Source of the DNA: an uncultured virus (IMG/VR IMGVR_UViG_3300028844_004234)
Taxonomy: Duplodnaviria; Heunggongvirae; Uroviricota; Caudoviricetes
DNA: 20,000 nt
IMG/VR virus record: IMGVR_UViG_3300028844_004234
Reading direction: 5' to 3' (one strand)
In this document: positions 7,987 to 15,951 of the stretch, piece by piece
Layout of the letters: each line of letters starts with the position of its first letter
How positions within the stretch are numbered: position 1 is the first letter of the stretch
Position numbers and translations under genes: made by a program
Notes under the pieces: model-generated
Database searches by the model: none
Told to the model about the DNA's origin: nothing
What the model saw: the letters and a program-made list of their open reading frames with translations, nothing else

Positions 7987-8470
7987 TTTCGTCATACTCC
8001 ACACAGGTGAACTCAACTCCGGTTGCATCCTCAACATCTAGGATTATCTTTTCAACAATATCCCAATCACCACCACCGAGACCACATCCGATATATTTTG
8101 GTATGATAAGTGTCGGTTGTGATACAAGATTGGTGAGAGAAGAAGCAACATCCATCAACGCCCTTGCGATTGCAGCATAGTTTGTATGCCTCGTCTTTGT
8201 GCCAAAGTCTCTTTGTGAGAACAGTGCAATAACCTCCTTACCGGAGGAACTCACATTGGAAATTAAGTGGTCACCGAGACACACGGAGTCTCTACCTCGG
8301 ACAGACAGAGAGTCTTTGTAATCTTCATAATGACTAGGATACACCTCTCTGATCTGTTTTGCAATACCACTACCCATAACACCCCTGCAATTCACCTGAT
8401 GAATCAAGACGGCATTCTTTGGTAACTCTTCAAAGATTGTTAATGCATTACCTTTAACATGTTTCATCAC
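7973..8470 (-). CDS. Macrodomain protein (Appr-1''-p / Poa1p-TARG1-DarG-like, T4 Tk.4-like)
   Basis: KGNA, IHQVNCRGVMGSGIAKQI and PKYIGCGLGGGDW are macrodomain ADP-ribose-binding motifs. Confidence 0.92.
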   Translation of the reverse strand: MMKHVKGNALTIFEELPKNAVLIHQVNCRGVMGSGIAKQIREVYPSHYEDYKDSLSVRGRDSVCLGDHLISNVSSSGKEVIALFSQRDFGTKTRHTNYAAIARALMDVASSLTNLVSQPTLIIPKYIGCGLGGGDWDIVEKIILDVEDATGVEFTCVEYDENENC

Positions 8471-8666
8471 ATCTACCCCTTCCGGTTAACCTTGGATTTT
8501 TTTTGTAAGCCTTCTTACATTTCAGAGAACAGAATGGTTTGTTCTCATACTTTTTATACTTCCCGCAGTGTTTACATCTGAATGAATCATATGAATCATG
8601 TGTCTGTAGAAAATCCCGCACAGGCGGCATGTCTTCTATGATTTGGAACATCCTTTCTTGGTTCAT
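8454..8666 (-). CDS. Small treble-clef Zn-finger protein
   Basis: CKHCGK-x7-PFCSLKC; ATGA-coupled to the upstream gene. Confidence 0.75.
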   Translation of the reverse strand: MNQERMFQIIEDMPPVRDFLQTHDSYDSFRCKHCGKYKKYENKPFCSLKCKKAYKKNPRLTGRGRCDETC

Positions 8667-9007
8667 GGTCTCATCAACCCCAATATTTTTTCAATTTGGT
8701 CTCGAACTTCTGGTTCCATGTATTTGTTTCTTAGAATATTATACAGGGAAAACACTTCATCCACAACATCGCTGTATACTTCTTTTGCGATTTGTGCTTT
8801 TAGTTTTTTCTTGTGATATTCAATTTCTGTTTCGTTTTCACATAGACATGTAGCATGTATCTTCACCCCCAGATCACACCTACGAAATTGACGATGGTTC
8901 ATTTTTTCGACTGTCTCGCGGAATGTGGCATACATCGCGTCACAGTATACGACCCTTTCGTGCCTCAGAGTACTGTCGATTTTATCAAGAAATTTACTCA
9001 TTTTCAC
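8663..9007 (-). CDS. Hypothetical protein (about 112-114 aa)
   Basis: ORF within the operon; alternative ATG start at 9001 after a GGGG SD. Confidence 0.75.
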   Translation of the reverse strand: MKMSKFLDKIDSTLRHERVVYCDAMYATFRETVEKMNHRQFRRCDLGVKIHATCLCENETEIEYHKKKLKAQIAKEVYSDVVDEVFSLYNILRNKYMEPEVRDQIEKILGLMRP

Positions 9008-9016
9008 CCCGTTTTA

Positions 9017-9703
9017 TCAAACAGCCGGATCTGATTCAACAATGTTCTTAATAGTTTCTTTGTGTCGCTTCCAGAATGACAATGCAGCTCTACCATCCAT
9101 TTTTAGAATTTGTCTATCAGTGAAATCCCACCATTCTTGAAAAGAATGTCCTTCACATCCAATATGTAGACGGTTTTTCGTGTATGCGATGTTGTATTCA
9201 TCAAAAACACATACTGTTTTGATCTCTTTGTCATTACCGATTGTATTGTATAGCCCGTTCCGAACCAGAACCGCATCGGTTAGATTAGCACCTGTTAGAT
9301 TGGCATCGGTGAGATCAGCACCTGTTAGATTGGCATTGGCGAGATTGGCACCTGACAAATCAGCGTCCGACAAGTCAACATTAGACAGATTTGCACCAAC
9401 CAAATTGGATTCAGACAGGTCGGCATTAGATAAAATTGAGTTAGATAAATCTGCGTTAGCTAAATTGGCATCAGATAGATCGATATGATAAAGATATGCA
9501 CGCGCTAGGGTTGCACCACGCAGATCAGCATCACTAAGGTTGGCGTTTGCTAAATTGGCATTAAATAAATATGCGTTAGCTAAATTAGCACCATATAGAT
9601 CGATGTGATACATGTTGGCACGAATACCACTATCTTCACCATCTAACCACTTTTGATGCAAACAGAGGATCTCTTTAAGTTCTGTTTCTGTGAAAGTTCT
9701 CAT
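9017..9703 (-). CDS. Pentapeptide-repeat protein with conserved C-terminal domain
   Basis: About 23 A(D/N)Lxx repeats after LHQKWL; C-terminal IGCEGHSFQEWWDF...MDGRAALSFW. Confidence 0.93.
   Translation of the reverse strand: MRTFTETELKEILCLHQKWLDGEDSGIRANMYHIDLYGANLANAYLFNANLANANLSDADLRGATLARAYLYHIDLSDANLANADLSNSILSNADLSESNLVGANLSNVDLSDADLSGANLANANLTGADLTDANLTGANLTDAVLVRNGLYNTIGNDKEIKTVCVFDEYNIAYTKNRLHIGCEGHSFQEWWDFTDRQILKMDGRAALSFWKRHKETIKNIVESDPAV
9270..9625 (-). repeat. 15-nt-period coding repeat array with 30-nt and 120-nt duplications
   Basis: GCACCTGTTAGATTGGCAT is repeated 30 nt apart; TAGATCGATRTGATA and GCGTTAGCTAAATTRGCA each recur 120 nt apart (YHIDL..ANLANA twice). Confidence 0.85.
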
Positions 9704-9741
9704 GGTAGTTTATCTTTTTCTCTTCGAGTTTGTGTGTAGCC

Positions 9742-9770
9742 ACTATACAAAAAAAGAGGGGCTTTGTAAA
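9742..9770 (-). promoter_or_regulatory. Sigma70-like early promoter for the pentapeptide-macrodomain operon
   Basis: gTTTACA (9770-9765), 17 nt, TATAGT (9747-9742). Confidence 0.8.
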
Positions 9771-9779
9771 CCCCTCTTT
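9749..9779 (-). terminator. Intrinsic terminator after the Nampt-like gene
   Basis: GAGGGG-tttacaaag-CCCCTC followed by 7 T on the minus strand. Confidence 0.85.
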
Positions 9780-9788
9780 CATATCCCT

Positions 9789-11306
9789 TCACCCCCAGAG
9801 TCGATTTCGAATATCTGACAACTGACTCAAGTAACTGTTCATCATCCCGTCATCGAGGTAGGTCACCATCGCAGATGATTTTGACGTAAACGGTTCTGAT
9901 TTTTGCACAAGGACAAAATCACCATTCATCGCCGCAACATCAAGATAACCTTTTGCTGATTTCTTCACACCGGAGTCAGTAACTGGGTTCTTCTCAACTT
10001 CATAGTCAACACCATTAACTTTGGCATATGTTACTTTCACTGCCGATCCGAGGGTGTCACGAGTAACATATCTCATGGTATAGCTACCAACACCGAGAAC
10101 AACATTTGTTGATGCGAATCCTTTACGTTCCAGACGTTCAAAGATCTGTTGGGCTTTTTCATAGGTAATAGAATCCCCATAGATCAGACCCACTCGCTCA
10201 TGTAGGACTTTATAACCTTCCTCGGTTGTTGAACCACCGAAAAGATCCACAGAACCTTTGATCTCGGCGTCTGACAACTCTTTACCGTCGTCACGACTGA
10301 TGCAAGTGCCATCCTCTTCTACATAGTATTCTTCTTCCATGTATCCAGTCAACACTTTTACAGGGTCACCGCTGTCTGGGCGGAAAACTACTTTAGCCAG
10401 ACCGATTTCGTTTGGAACACGGTTCAGAATGTCTTCTTTGAGATCTGCTGCATACTCTGTAATGACTTTCCAATAGTCAAGTGTATCCGAAACAATAGAC
10501 ACAATACCTGTCGGGTAGTCTTCTGTGATCCACTTCTTAATTGTTTCTTTTTCACCGTTAACAGCGATCCCAACACAGGTGACCGAGTGTTCTGTAGCCG
10601 GTACACTGAATGCAATTGGTTCTTTCTCAATGTCTGCGTTGTAATACGTTTCCAATTCGACAATGGCTGGGATGCTGTCTGTTCCAAGCGAACTCAGAAG
10701 AAAACCAGCTCCAGATGCCCCAGCCTCGTCTGGTCCCATGCCACGATACGAGAAATCATGGAGTTGAAATTCTGTACCATTCAGGCTTCCAGTCGTTTTA
10801 ATGGCCCATTCATTTACCAATTTGCGGAAGTGGTAAATTGTTGTTGCACTTGTCATAGGAAGCCACATCTCGGTACTGATCCATGTTTCGAGGTATGTAA
10901 CCAGCCAAGAGAAACCTGGGATCGTGTTTTCAATCAACAGAATTGGTGTTTTCTCTTTCACTGTAACACCTTCCCGAAGACCACGAACCTGAATCGGAAG
11001 AAAGCCGATATCATGTAGTTGTTCGAAGTGTTTCAGATCTTCACTGGTCATACCGAGATATCGGCTAAAGATCCGAACTGCTTCATCGATCACCTCTTCT
11101 TTAGGTCTCTCGAAGAAGTTCTTATTCCACATATCAACCAACCGCATCACCATCCGCTGAGTCCCAAAAACAACACAACGGTCAATGTCAATTGGGTTCA
11201 GTCGAAAAGACCTCGGTGTGAAATTTGCCTGAACGTATTCAGTTCCTTCTGTCTCAAACTTCTTGTGTGAAACTTTGTATGCATCAGTCTTAAAAATTGG
11301 GTTCAT
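9789..11306 (-). CDS. Nampt-like protein; probable NARP1 nicotinamide ADP-ribose transferase (Namat)
   Basis: KTDAYKVSH, LETW, HDFSYRG, GTDS, SVPATEHSV, SIVSDT, VFRPDSGDP, IYGDSIT, GVGSY, TRDT, KKSAKG. True start is probably MNPIF at 11306, immediately after the Prs-like gene. Confidence 0.9.
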   Translation of the reverse strand: MNPIFKTDAYKVSHKKFETEGTEYVQANFTPRSFRLNPIDIDRCVVFGTQRMVMRLVDMWNKNFFERPKEEVIDEAVRIFSRYLGMTSEDLKHFEQLHDIGFLPIQVRGLREGVTVKEKTPILLIENTIPGFSWLVTYLETWISTEMWLPMTSATTIYHFRKLVNEWAIKTTGSLNGTEFQLHDFSYRGMGPDEAGASGAGFLLSSLGTDSIPAIVELETYYNADIEKEPIAFSVPATEHSVTCVGIAVNGEKETIKKWITEDYPTGIVSIVSDTLDYWKVITEYAADLKEDILNRVPNEIGLAKVVFRPDSGDPVKVLTGYMEEEYYVEEDGTCISRDDGKELSDAEIKGSVDLFGGSTTEEGYKVLHERVGLIYGDSITYEKAQQIFERLERKGFASTNVVLGVGSYTMRYVTRDTLGSAVKVTYAKVNGVDYEVEKNPVTDSGVKKSAKGYLDVAAMNGDFVLVQKSEPFTSKSSAMVTYLDDGMMNSYLSQLSDIRNRLWG

Positions 11307-11307
11307 T

Positions 11308-12111
11308 TTAAATATCTCTATTCCAGTCAAATTTTTCAAACAGAAAATCAATACCATTGTCCAAGAGGACTTTCTTTCCTCTTGAGTATACACCATGAGT
11401 CACATAAAGTGAAACAGTTTTTACTCCATGTTCTTTCAGCACTTTCGCAAGGCCGATGAATGTACCCCCACCGTCACAAATATCATCGACGATCAGTACA
11501 GATTCAGGAATATCCCCATTCGGGTTATTGAATTGTACATCAAAACCACTCAGTTTGCCAGTTGTTAGGTCGCGGTGTTTAATCCCACGATGATAATACC
11601 CCTTGCCGAGTTTTTGACACAGTTTTGCTGTTTTCTTTTCAGCCCCTGCATCTGGTGAGACGATTTCTGTTGTTGTCAAAATGTTCTTGAACACTTTGTC
11701 TCGATGTGCCAATTCTGCAACACCTTCCCACTGTTCGATGATTGTAACATTATCAATTAGTGCAGGTGCAACATCACTGTGAGGGTCAGTTATCAAAACT
11801 TCGTCGAAACCACATGAGTTGATGAGATCAGCCATGACCTTAAGTGAGAATGCCTCACCTCGGTTGCATACACGGTCTTGTCGTGCATATGGTACATATG
11901 GGAGCACCAAGTACAAATCATTATATGCACATTCCCGCTTAATGGCATCAGCAACCATGAGGAGCTTCATTACATCATTACTGCTACGAATCAGTGCATA
12001 GATACCGATACTGTCTTTTCGCATATTCGGCACTTTTACACTCACCTCACCGGCTGGAAAGGTGAATGTTTCGATTTCATACCGCTCGCCGTTATTTGTC
12101 ATCAGATACAT
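11308..12111 (-). CDS. Ribose-phosphate pyrophosphokinase-like protein; probable NARP1 ADPR-PP synthetase (Adps)
   Basis: FPAGE, PYVPYARQDR, DPHS, SPDAGA, IVDDICDGGGTF and LYVTHG motifs; directly upstream of the Nampt-like gene. Confidence 0.9.
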   Translation of the reverse strand: MYLMTNNGERYEIETFTFPAGEVSVKVPNMRKDSIGIYALIRSSNDVMKLLMVADAIKRECAYNDLYLVLPYVPYARQDRVCNRGEAFSLKVMADLINSCGFDEVLITDPHSDVAPALIDNVTIIEQWEGVAELAHRDKVFKNILTTTEIVSPDAGAEKKTAKLCQKLGKGYYHRGIKHRDLTTGKLSGFDVQFNNPNGDIPESVLIVDDICDGGGTFIGLAKVLKEHGVKTVSLYVTHGVYSRGKKVLLDNGIDFLFEKFDWNRDI

Positions 12112-12151
12112 TGTATTCCCTCTTTCAAACTCTTCTTAAATGTCGAGTTCC

Positions 12152-12180
12152 AGTATATAAAAAAGGGAGTTGAATATCAA
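12152..12180 (-). promoter_or_regulatory. Sigma70-like promoter for the Prs/Nampt-like operon
   Basis: TTGATA (12180-12175), 17 nt, TATACT (12157-12152). Confidence 0.8.
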
Positions 12181-12190
12181 CCCCCTTTTT
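12159..12190 (-). terminator. Intrinsic terminator after rIIB
   Basis: GGGGGUUGA-uau-UCAACUCCC plus U6; the G.U wobble pairs only on the minus-strand RNA. Confidence 0.85.
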
Positions 12191-12199
12191 GTAAAGTGA

Positions 12200-13333
12200 T
12201 CAGATTTTATCTGTCACATCTTCAATAACCTTAAAGCGACAGCAGCGTAGTTTTCCTGCATCATATTCATATGGTACGCTCACAACATCCCGAACATGAC
12301 ATTTAACTTTAATCAGGCGGTCCTTACCACACCCAAACCCCTTGGCATATTCAAGAGAACCAACATGCAGACCTGTCGAACAGGATTGATTTGGATCTGA
12401 GTTGACCAAGTGACGAGGCATGCATACTTCCTGACCGACACTGTTGTCAATGGTTCCGGTTCGCTTGTCGAGATAATCCGGTCGTACAGCTCGATAGCCG
12501 GTGAATGTACCATCTTCATTCAATTCGATACACTGAGACTCGATGAAAGGCCACAGTTGTTCTCGAATATGGTCAGACTCAACATCTGTCATAACAGCCT
12601 CAAAGAATGAACAGAATGCCTTGGTTCTTTCTTCACCATTCTTCACCATGTCAACGAGTTTATCCGCCATTCCATTTCGTACTTCAAAAGTACCGTAGAA
12701 CACTTTATCATCTTCGACCTTAATCTTCCCGTGTGAGAACGTCTCAATGGCCTTTTTGATACTACTCATGTTCCAAGCACGTTCATATTCCTCTTCCATG
12801 AGAAGGTCAACAACGGTACGGTAGTTCGGTGATTCTCGATGGACGATAACAGTTTCACCGTTCTTTGTGATCATAACAGACTGGTTTGACACAATGTACT
12901 GATAGTCGTCCTCTTTGATGGGGGTCTCTTCTGGTGCTTCCTGAACAAGTTCTACCCAGTTCTTCATTACCCAACCACAGTGCAAGTCGTCAAGCAGCAC
13001 CATACCATCATTAATATCGGTGACCTTGTGTATACCACCATTTTTGATACTGTCGTTTGTTGCGAACTCAATGAGATCCCAGTCACTACAAACAACACGG
13101 ACGGTATCGTTCACCTTGACATTTTTATCAACCTGTGTCACCTCCTGTGGAGCTGGATTCTGCTCTGTTTTTACCTCATATTTCTCAAGCCACCTCCCCA
13201 GTGAACGTGGGCTTGTCCCCCATTCACGGCAAAATGCAGCCTTTGAAATGGTGTCTCCGTTTCGCTTCCGTGTCACCCAGCTATCAACACAGGCCAGTTG
13301 GTTTTCGGGACGTGTCATGTCATGGTCTTTCAT
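12200..13333 (-). CDS. rIIB: RIIB-like protein (protector from prophage-induced early lysis)
   Basis: N-terminal HTH (SKAAFCREWGTSPRSLGRWL); C-terminal DGTFTGYRAV..DYLD..TGTIDNSVG..MPR..V..DPNQSCSTGLHVG..YA...VVSVP. Confidence 0.92.
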   Translation of the reverse strand: MKDHDMTRPENQLACVDSWVTRKRNGDTISKAAFCREWGTSPRSLGRWLEKYEVKTEQNPAPQEVTQVDKNVKVNDTVRVVCSDWDLIEFATNDSIKNGGIHKVTDINDGMVLLDDLHCGWVMKNWVELVQEAPEETPIKEDDYQYIVSNQSVMITKNGETVIVHRESPNYRTVVDLLMEEEYERAWNMSSIKKAIETFSHGKIKVEDDKVFYGTFEVRNGMADKLVDMVKNGEERTKAFCSFFEAVMTDVESDHIREQLWPFIESQCIELNEDGTFTGYRAVRPDYLDKRTGTIDNSVGQEVCMPRHLVNSDPNQSCSTGLHVGSLEYAKGFGCGKDRLIKVKCHVRDVVSVPYEYDAGKLRCCRFKVIEDVTDKI

Positions 13334-13374
13334 CTCTAATGTTCCTCTGTCTATTTCAAGTTTTCAGTGTTTGT

Positions 13375-13402
13375 ATTCTATCATATTCCGGTGTGTTGTC
13401 AA
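13375..13402 (-). promoter_or_regulatory. Sigma70-like promoter for rIIB
   Basis: TTGACA (13402-13397), 16 nt, extended -10 TGa-TAGAAT (13380-13375). Confidence 0.7.
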
Positions 13403-13701
13403 CATGAAGAAGCAACATCACCGAAATAATCATCGATCATGGTATTCAGAACGTACAGTAACGGTGCGGATGGAATGGAATCATGAAAGATTGAACCATC
13501 CACGATGTATACATAAGCGGCATTGCCACATTCACCAATCTCTACCATCAGTGTACCGTACTCATCTTCGAGATCAATAACGAACCACAGCGTGTCAATC
13601 GCATCATCATACTTCAGATTTACGTCATCAATCGGTGCATCGTCGTCTAGGAACTTTTGAAGAGCCTCATCGAGACTCTTGTTATGCTTCCGGTAATCCA
13701 T
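13399..13701 (-). CDS. Hypothetical acidic protein (about 100 aa, MDYRKHN...) between rIIA and rIIB
   Basis: SD AAGGTG 6 nt before ATG 13701; the track start of 13800 overlaps rIIA. Confidence 0.7.
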   Translation of the reverse strand: MDYRKHNKSLDEALQKFLDDDAPIDDVNLKYDDAIDTLWFVIDLEDEYGTLMVEIGECGNAAYVYIVDGSIFHDSIPSAPLLYVLNTMIDDYFGDVASSC

Positions 13702-13765
13702 AAAACGCACCTTGTTCTCAAAGAACAGAATCACCCAATAAACCATGTTGGTTAAAAATGTCATA

Positions 13766-15907
13766 TCATGAATCCTCATGTTTTTTAATTTTATCAGCAA
13801 TCATTTTATGTGCATCGGTAAGAGAAGTCAACATAATGATGGCTTCTTTCTCCCCCAACCCGCAGAAAATATCATCAATAACGTTCCATACTGCCCTATC
13901 TGGATAAAAGAAGTCGAATGCTTCTTTAAATTTCTTCACAAACGACACATCAATTGGTTCGATTGTTTCAAATACCAAATCATAATAGCTTCGGACGCTC
14001 TCGTTTTGTGGTATGGTTGTTGAACCTCCCAAGATACTATCATCGAAGTCTGGGAAGAGATCAGACACCTTTACGTCGAACGCAGAATATTTTAATGAAG
14101 AGTGCAAATCCGTTATGAACTTAACAAAAGTACCATTACGCATGGCCTTGTTCAGTCTGGCAACTCGCTCGATCTCTTTCTTGTTTACATCCGACAGTTC
14201 ATAATCCCGAATCGGAACCCCACCACGACCAACAACTTTACCGAAGATCGATGAATTGACAGCAACAACAGTGGTTCCTTCATCAATATACCTCTTCAAT
14301 TTTACCAGTTCGCGCTCAGCCCGCTGACTTCTGAAGTCTTCGATGATGAAATAAACCCCTTCACCGATGAGACTGTAGATCTCTTTCAATGGTACTTTTT
14401 TCGGCTCTTCGACGGTCTCCACCTCACCGTCTTTGAATTTGTAAATAGACCGATAGTGACCGTATTGACGTTCAGAAGAAACCCGTGGTTCCGGTTTGCA
14501 ACCGTTGTTAACCCGATCAGACAATTTTTCAACATGCACATCGAATTCTTTGAAAAGGTCTTTCATGAATTTCAGACCTTCCTCGGTTGCAACAGAAAAG
14601 AAAACATCTGAGATGAAGTCCTGTTTGCGGTCACCTTCCACCATCATGCGCCTGTTGTATGCTAGATGTTTTTTCTGGTCAACGAACAGAATATGTATCC
14701 GCTGTTTATGTGCTGCGAACAACCGTGTCTTACCATAAACCGTGTTTTTAATAGGGAAGGCATTTAGTTCTGGATTTACCTTGCGGTAATGCCGGAACAT
14801 TTCAAATATCTGTAGTTTCTGTACTTCTTCTTCTTCGATACCAATATCGTTAATGCTGAAAGCAAATCTCTTGTCATTAAGTGGAACACCACCAAACGTG
14901 AACATTTGTGGTTTTTCACAAATGATACGCTTTTCGGTAGGTGACATGTCAGCAACGTCAAAGATTTTATAGACATGGTCAAGTGCATCAATCTTCTTCT
15001 GGATTCCGGCAATTGCTGCTTCTTCAATATCCACAAGACGTTTCTTGATCTTCTCTTTGGTGTCAAATGTCATCGACAGACCCTCACGAGAGGCCGACAC
15101 CTCAAGTTCACCAATCTCGAACGGTATCATGATGCGATCAATCCCGATGATTTCTTTGATAAGACCGGACTCAGTTTTAAAAGCATCATCTTCAACAGCG
15201 TATACGACACCGCCCATGATCACAGAGTTCTTAAGGAGATCCCTTTGACAATACAGACTGAACAGCTCAGATGTGTGAACCGGTGTTGGTGTTTCGATAT
15301 CAACCACATTCCCCTTGATAATCGGTGCTTGTTCAAACCATTTGAAAATGTTTTTTGCCTTCTCCTTGAATTCGTAAATATCATTTTCTTTGACAGGTAC
15401 GTCAACGGTTACACCATTCCCTTCATCTGTTTTTGATTCTGAAAGACGTGCAACATCTGGTACATTCTGTTCATTGAAGAAAATAACATACGAAGACTTA
15501 ACACCGTTGTATACGCTAGTAATGGTGAATTGATCAGTATATGACAGAGGCGATTTCCCACCGATACCGAGCCCGCCGATAACATCGTTGGTGTCTTGTT
15601 TGGTTGACCCGAAATATGTCATGGAGATTTCCACGAGCTTGTCATGTGGGATACCAGTACCGTTATCCTGTACTTTGAAATTTGGTTCCATCCGAGTGGG
15701 CAGATGTATTGTGATGGGGTTCTTGTTACCGGCTGCAACATGAGAATCTACGGCATTGCATGAGAGTTCTCGAATGATAGCAGAGATCTTGTCATTGTAG
15801 ATCTGAGATGAAAGGATCTTGAATGCGGTTGGACATACCTTGATGGTTGCGCTCTGTGCATCCTTGATTGTAGATGTGATATCGTTTGTTGACTCTGAAA
15901 GTTTCAT
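13766..15907 (-). CDS. rIIA: RIIA-like protein with N-terminal GHKL (Hsp90-like) ATPase domain
   Basis: FKILSSQIYNDK..AIIRELSCNAVDSH, DNGTGI, YFGSTK, GGLGIGGKS, FEIGELEVSASREGL; upstream of rIIB. ATG 15907 has SD AAGGGGA. Confidence 0.92.
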   Translation of the reverse strand: MKLSESTNDITSTIKDAQSATIKVCPTAFKILSSQIYNDKISAIIRELSCNAVDSHVAAGNKNPITIHLPTRMEPNFKVQDNGTGIPHDKLVEISMTYFGSTKQDTNDVIGGLGIGGKSPLSYTDQFTITSVYNGVKSSYVIFFNEQNVPDVARLSESKTDEGNGVTVDVPVKENDIYEFKEKAKNIFKWFEQAPIIKGNVVDIETPTPVHTSELFSLYCQRDLLKNSVIMGGVVYAVEDDAFKTESGLIKEIIGIDRIMIPFEIGELEVSASREGLSMTFDTKEKIKKRLVDIEEAAIAGIQKKIDALDHVYKIFDVADMSPTEKRIICEKPQMFTFGGVPLNDKRFAFSINDIGIEEEEVQKLQIFEMFRHYRKVNPELNAFPIKNTVYGKTRLFAAHKQRIHILFVDQKKHLAYNRRMMVEGDRKQDFISDVFFSVATEEGLKFMKDLFKEFDVHVEKLSDRVNNGCKPEPRVSSERQYGHYRSIYKFKDGEVETVEEPKKVPLKEIYSLIGEGVYFIIEDFRSQRAERELVKLKRYIDEGTTVVAVNSSIFGKVVGRGGVPIRDYELSDVNKKEIERVARLNKAMRNGTFVKFITDLHSSLKYSAFDVKVSDLFPDFDDSILGGSTTIPQNESVRSYYDLVFETIEPIDVSFVKKFKEAFDFFYPDRAVWNVIDDIFCGLGEKEAIIMLTSLTDAHKMIADKIKKHEDS

Positions 15908-15911
15908 AAAA

Positions 15912-15951
15912 ATCATCCCCTTGAATCATTGTTTAAGTTCAAGGGGATGAT
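15912..15951 (-). promoter_or_regulatory. Perfect 14-bp hairpin sequestering the rIIA SD (possibly also a weak terminator)
   Basis: ATCATCCCCTTGAA (15912-15925) and TTCAAGGGGATGAT (15938-15951) with a 12-nt loop, followed by UUUU-AUG on the minus strand. Confidence 0.8.

Noticed and set aside
9270..9625. CRISPR-like array
   Set aside because: The repeats are in-frame coding pentapeptides with no unique spacers.
11307..11396. N-terminal extension of the Nampt-like ORF in the track
   Set aside because: It overlaps the Prs-like gene; family similarity begins at MNPIFKTDAYK (11306).
13702..13765. Promoter or hairpin before ORF 13701
   Set aside because: Only a 6-bp stem (TGTTCT/AGAACA) and a poor -35/-10 match; not distinguishable from chance.
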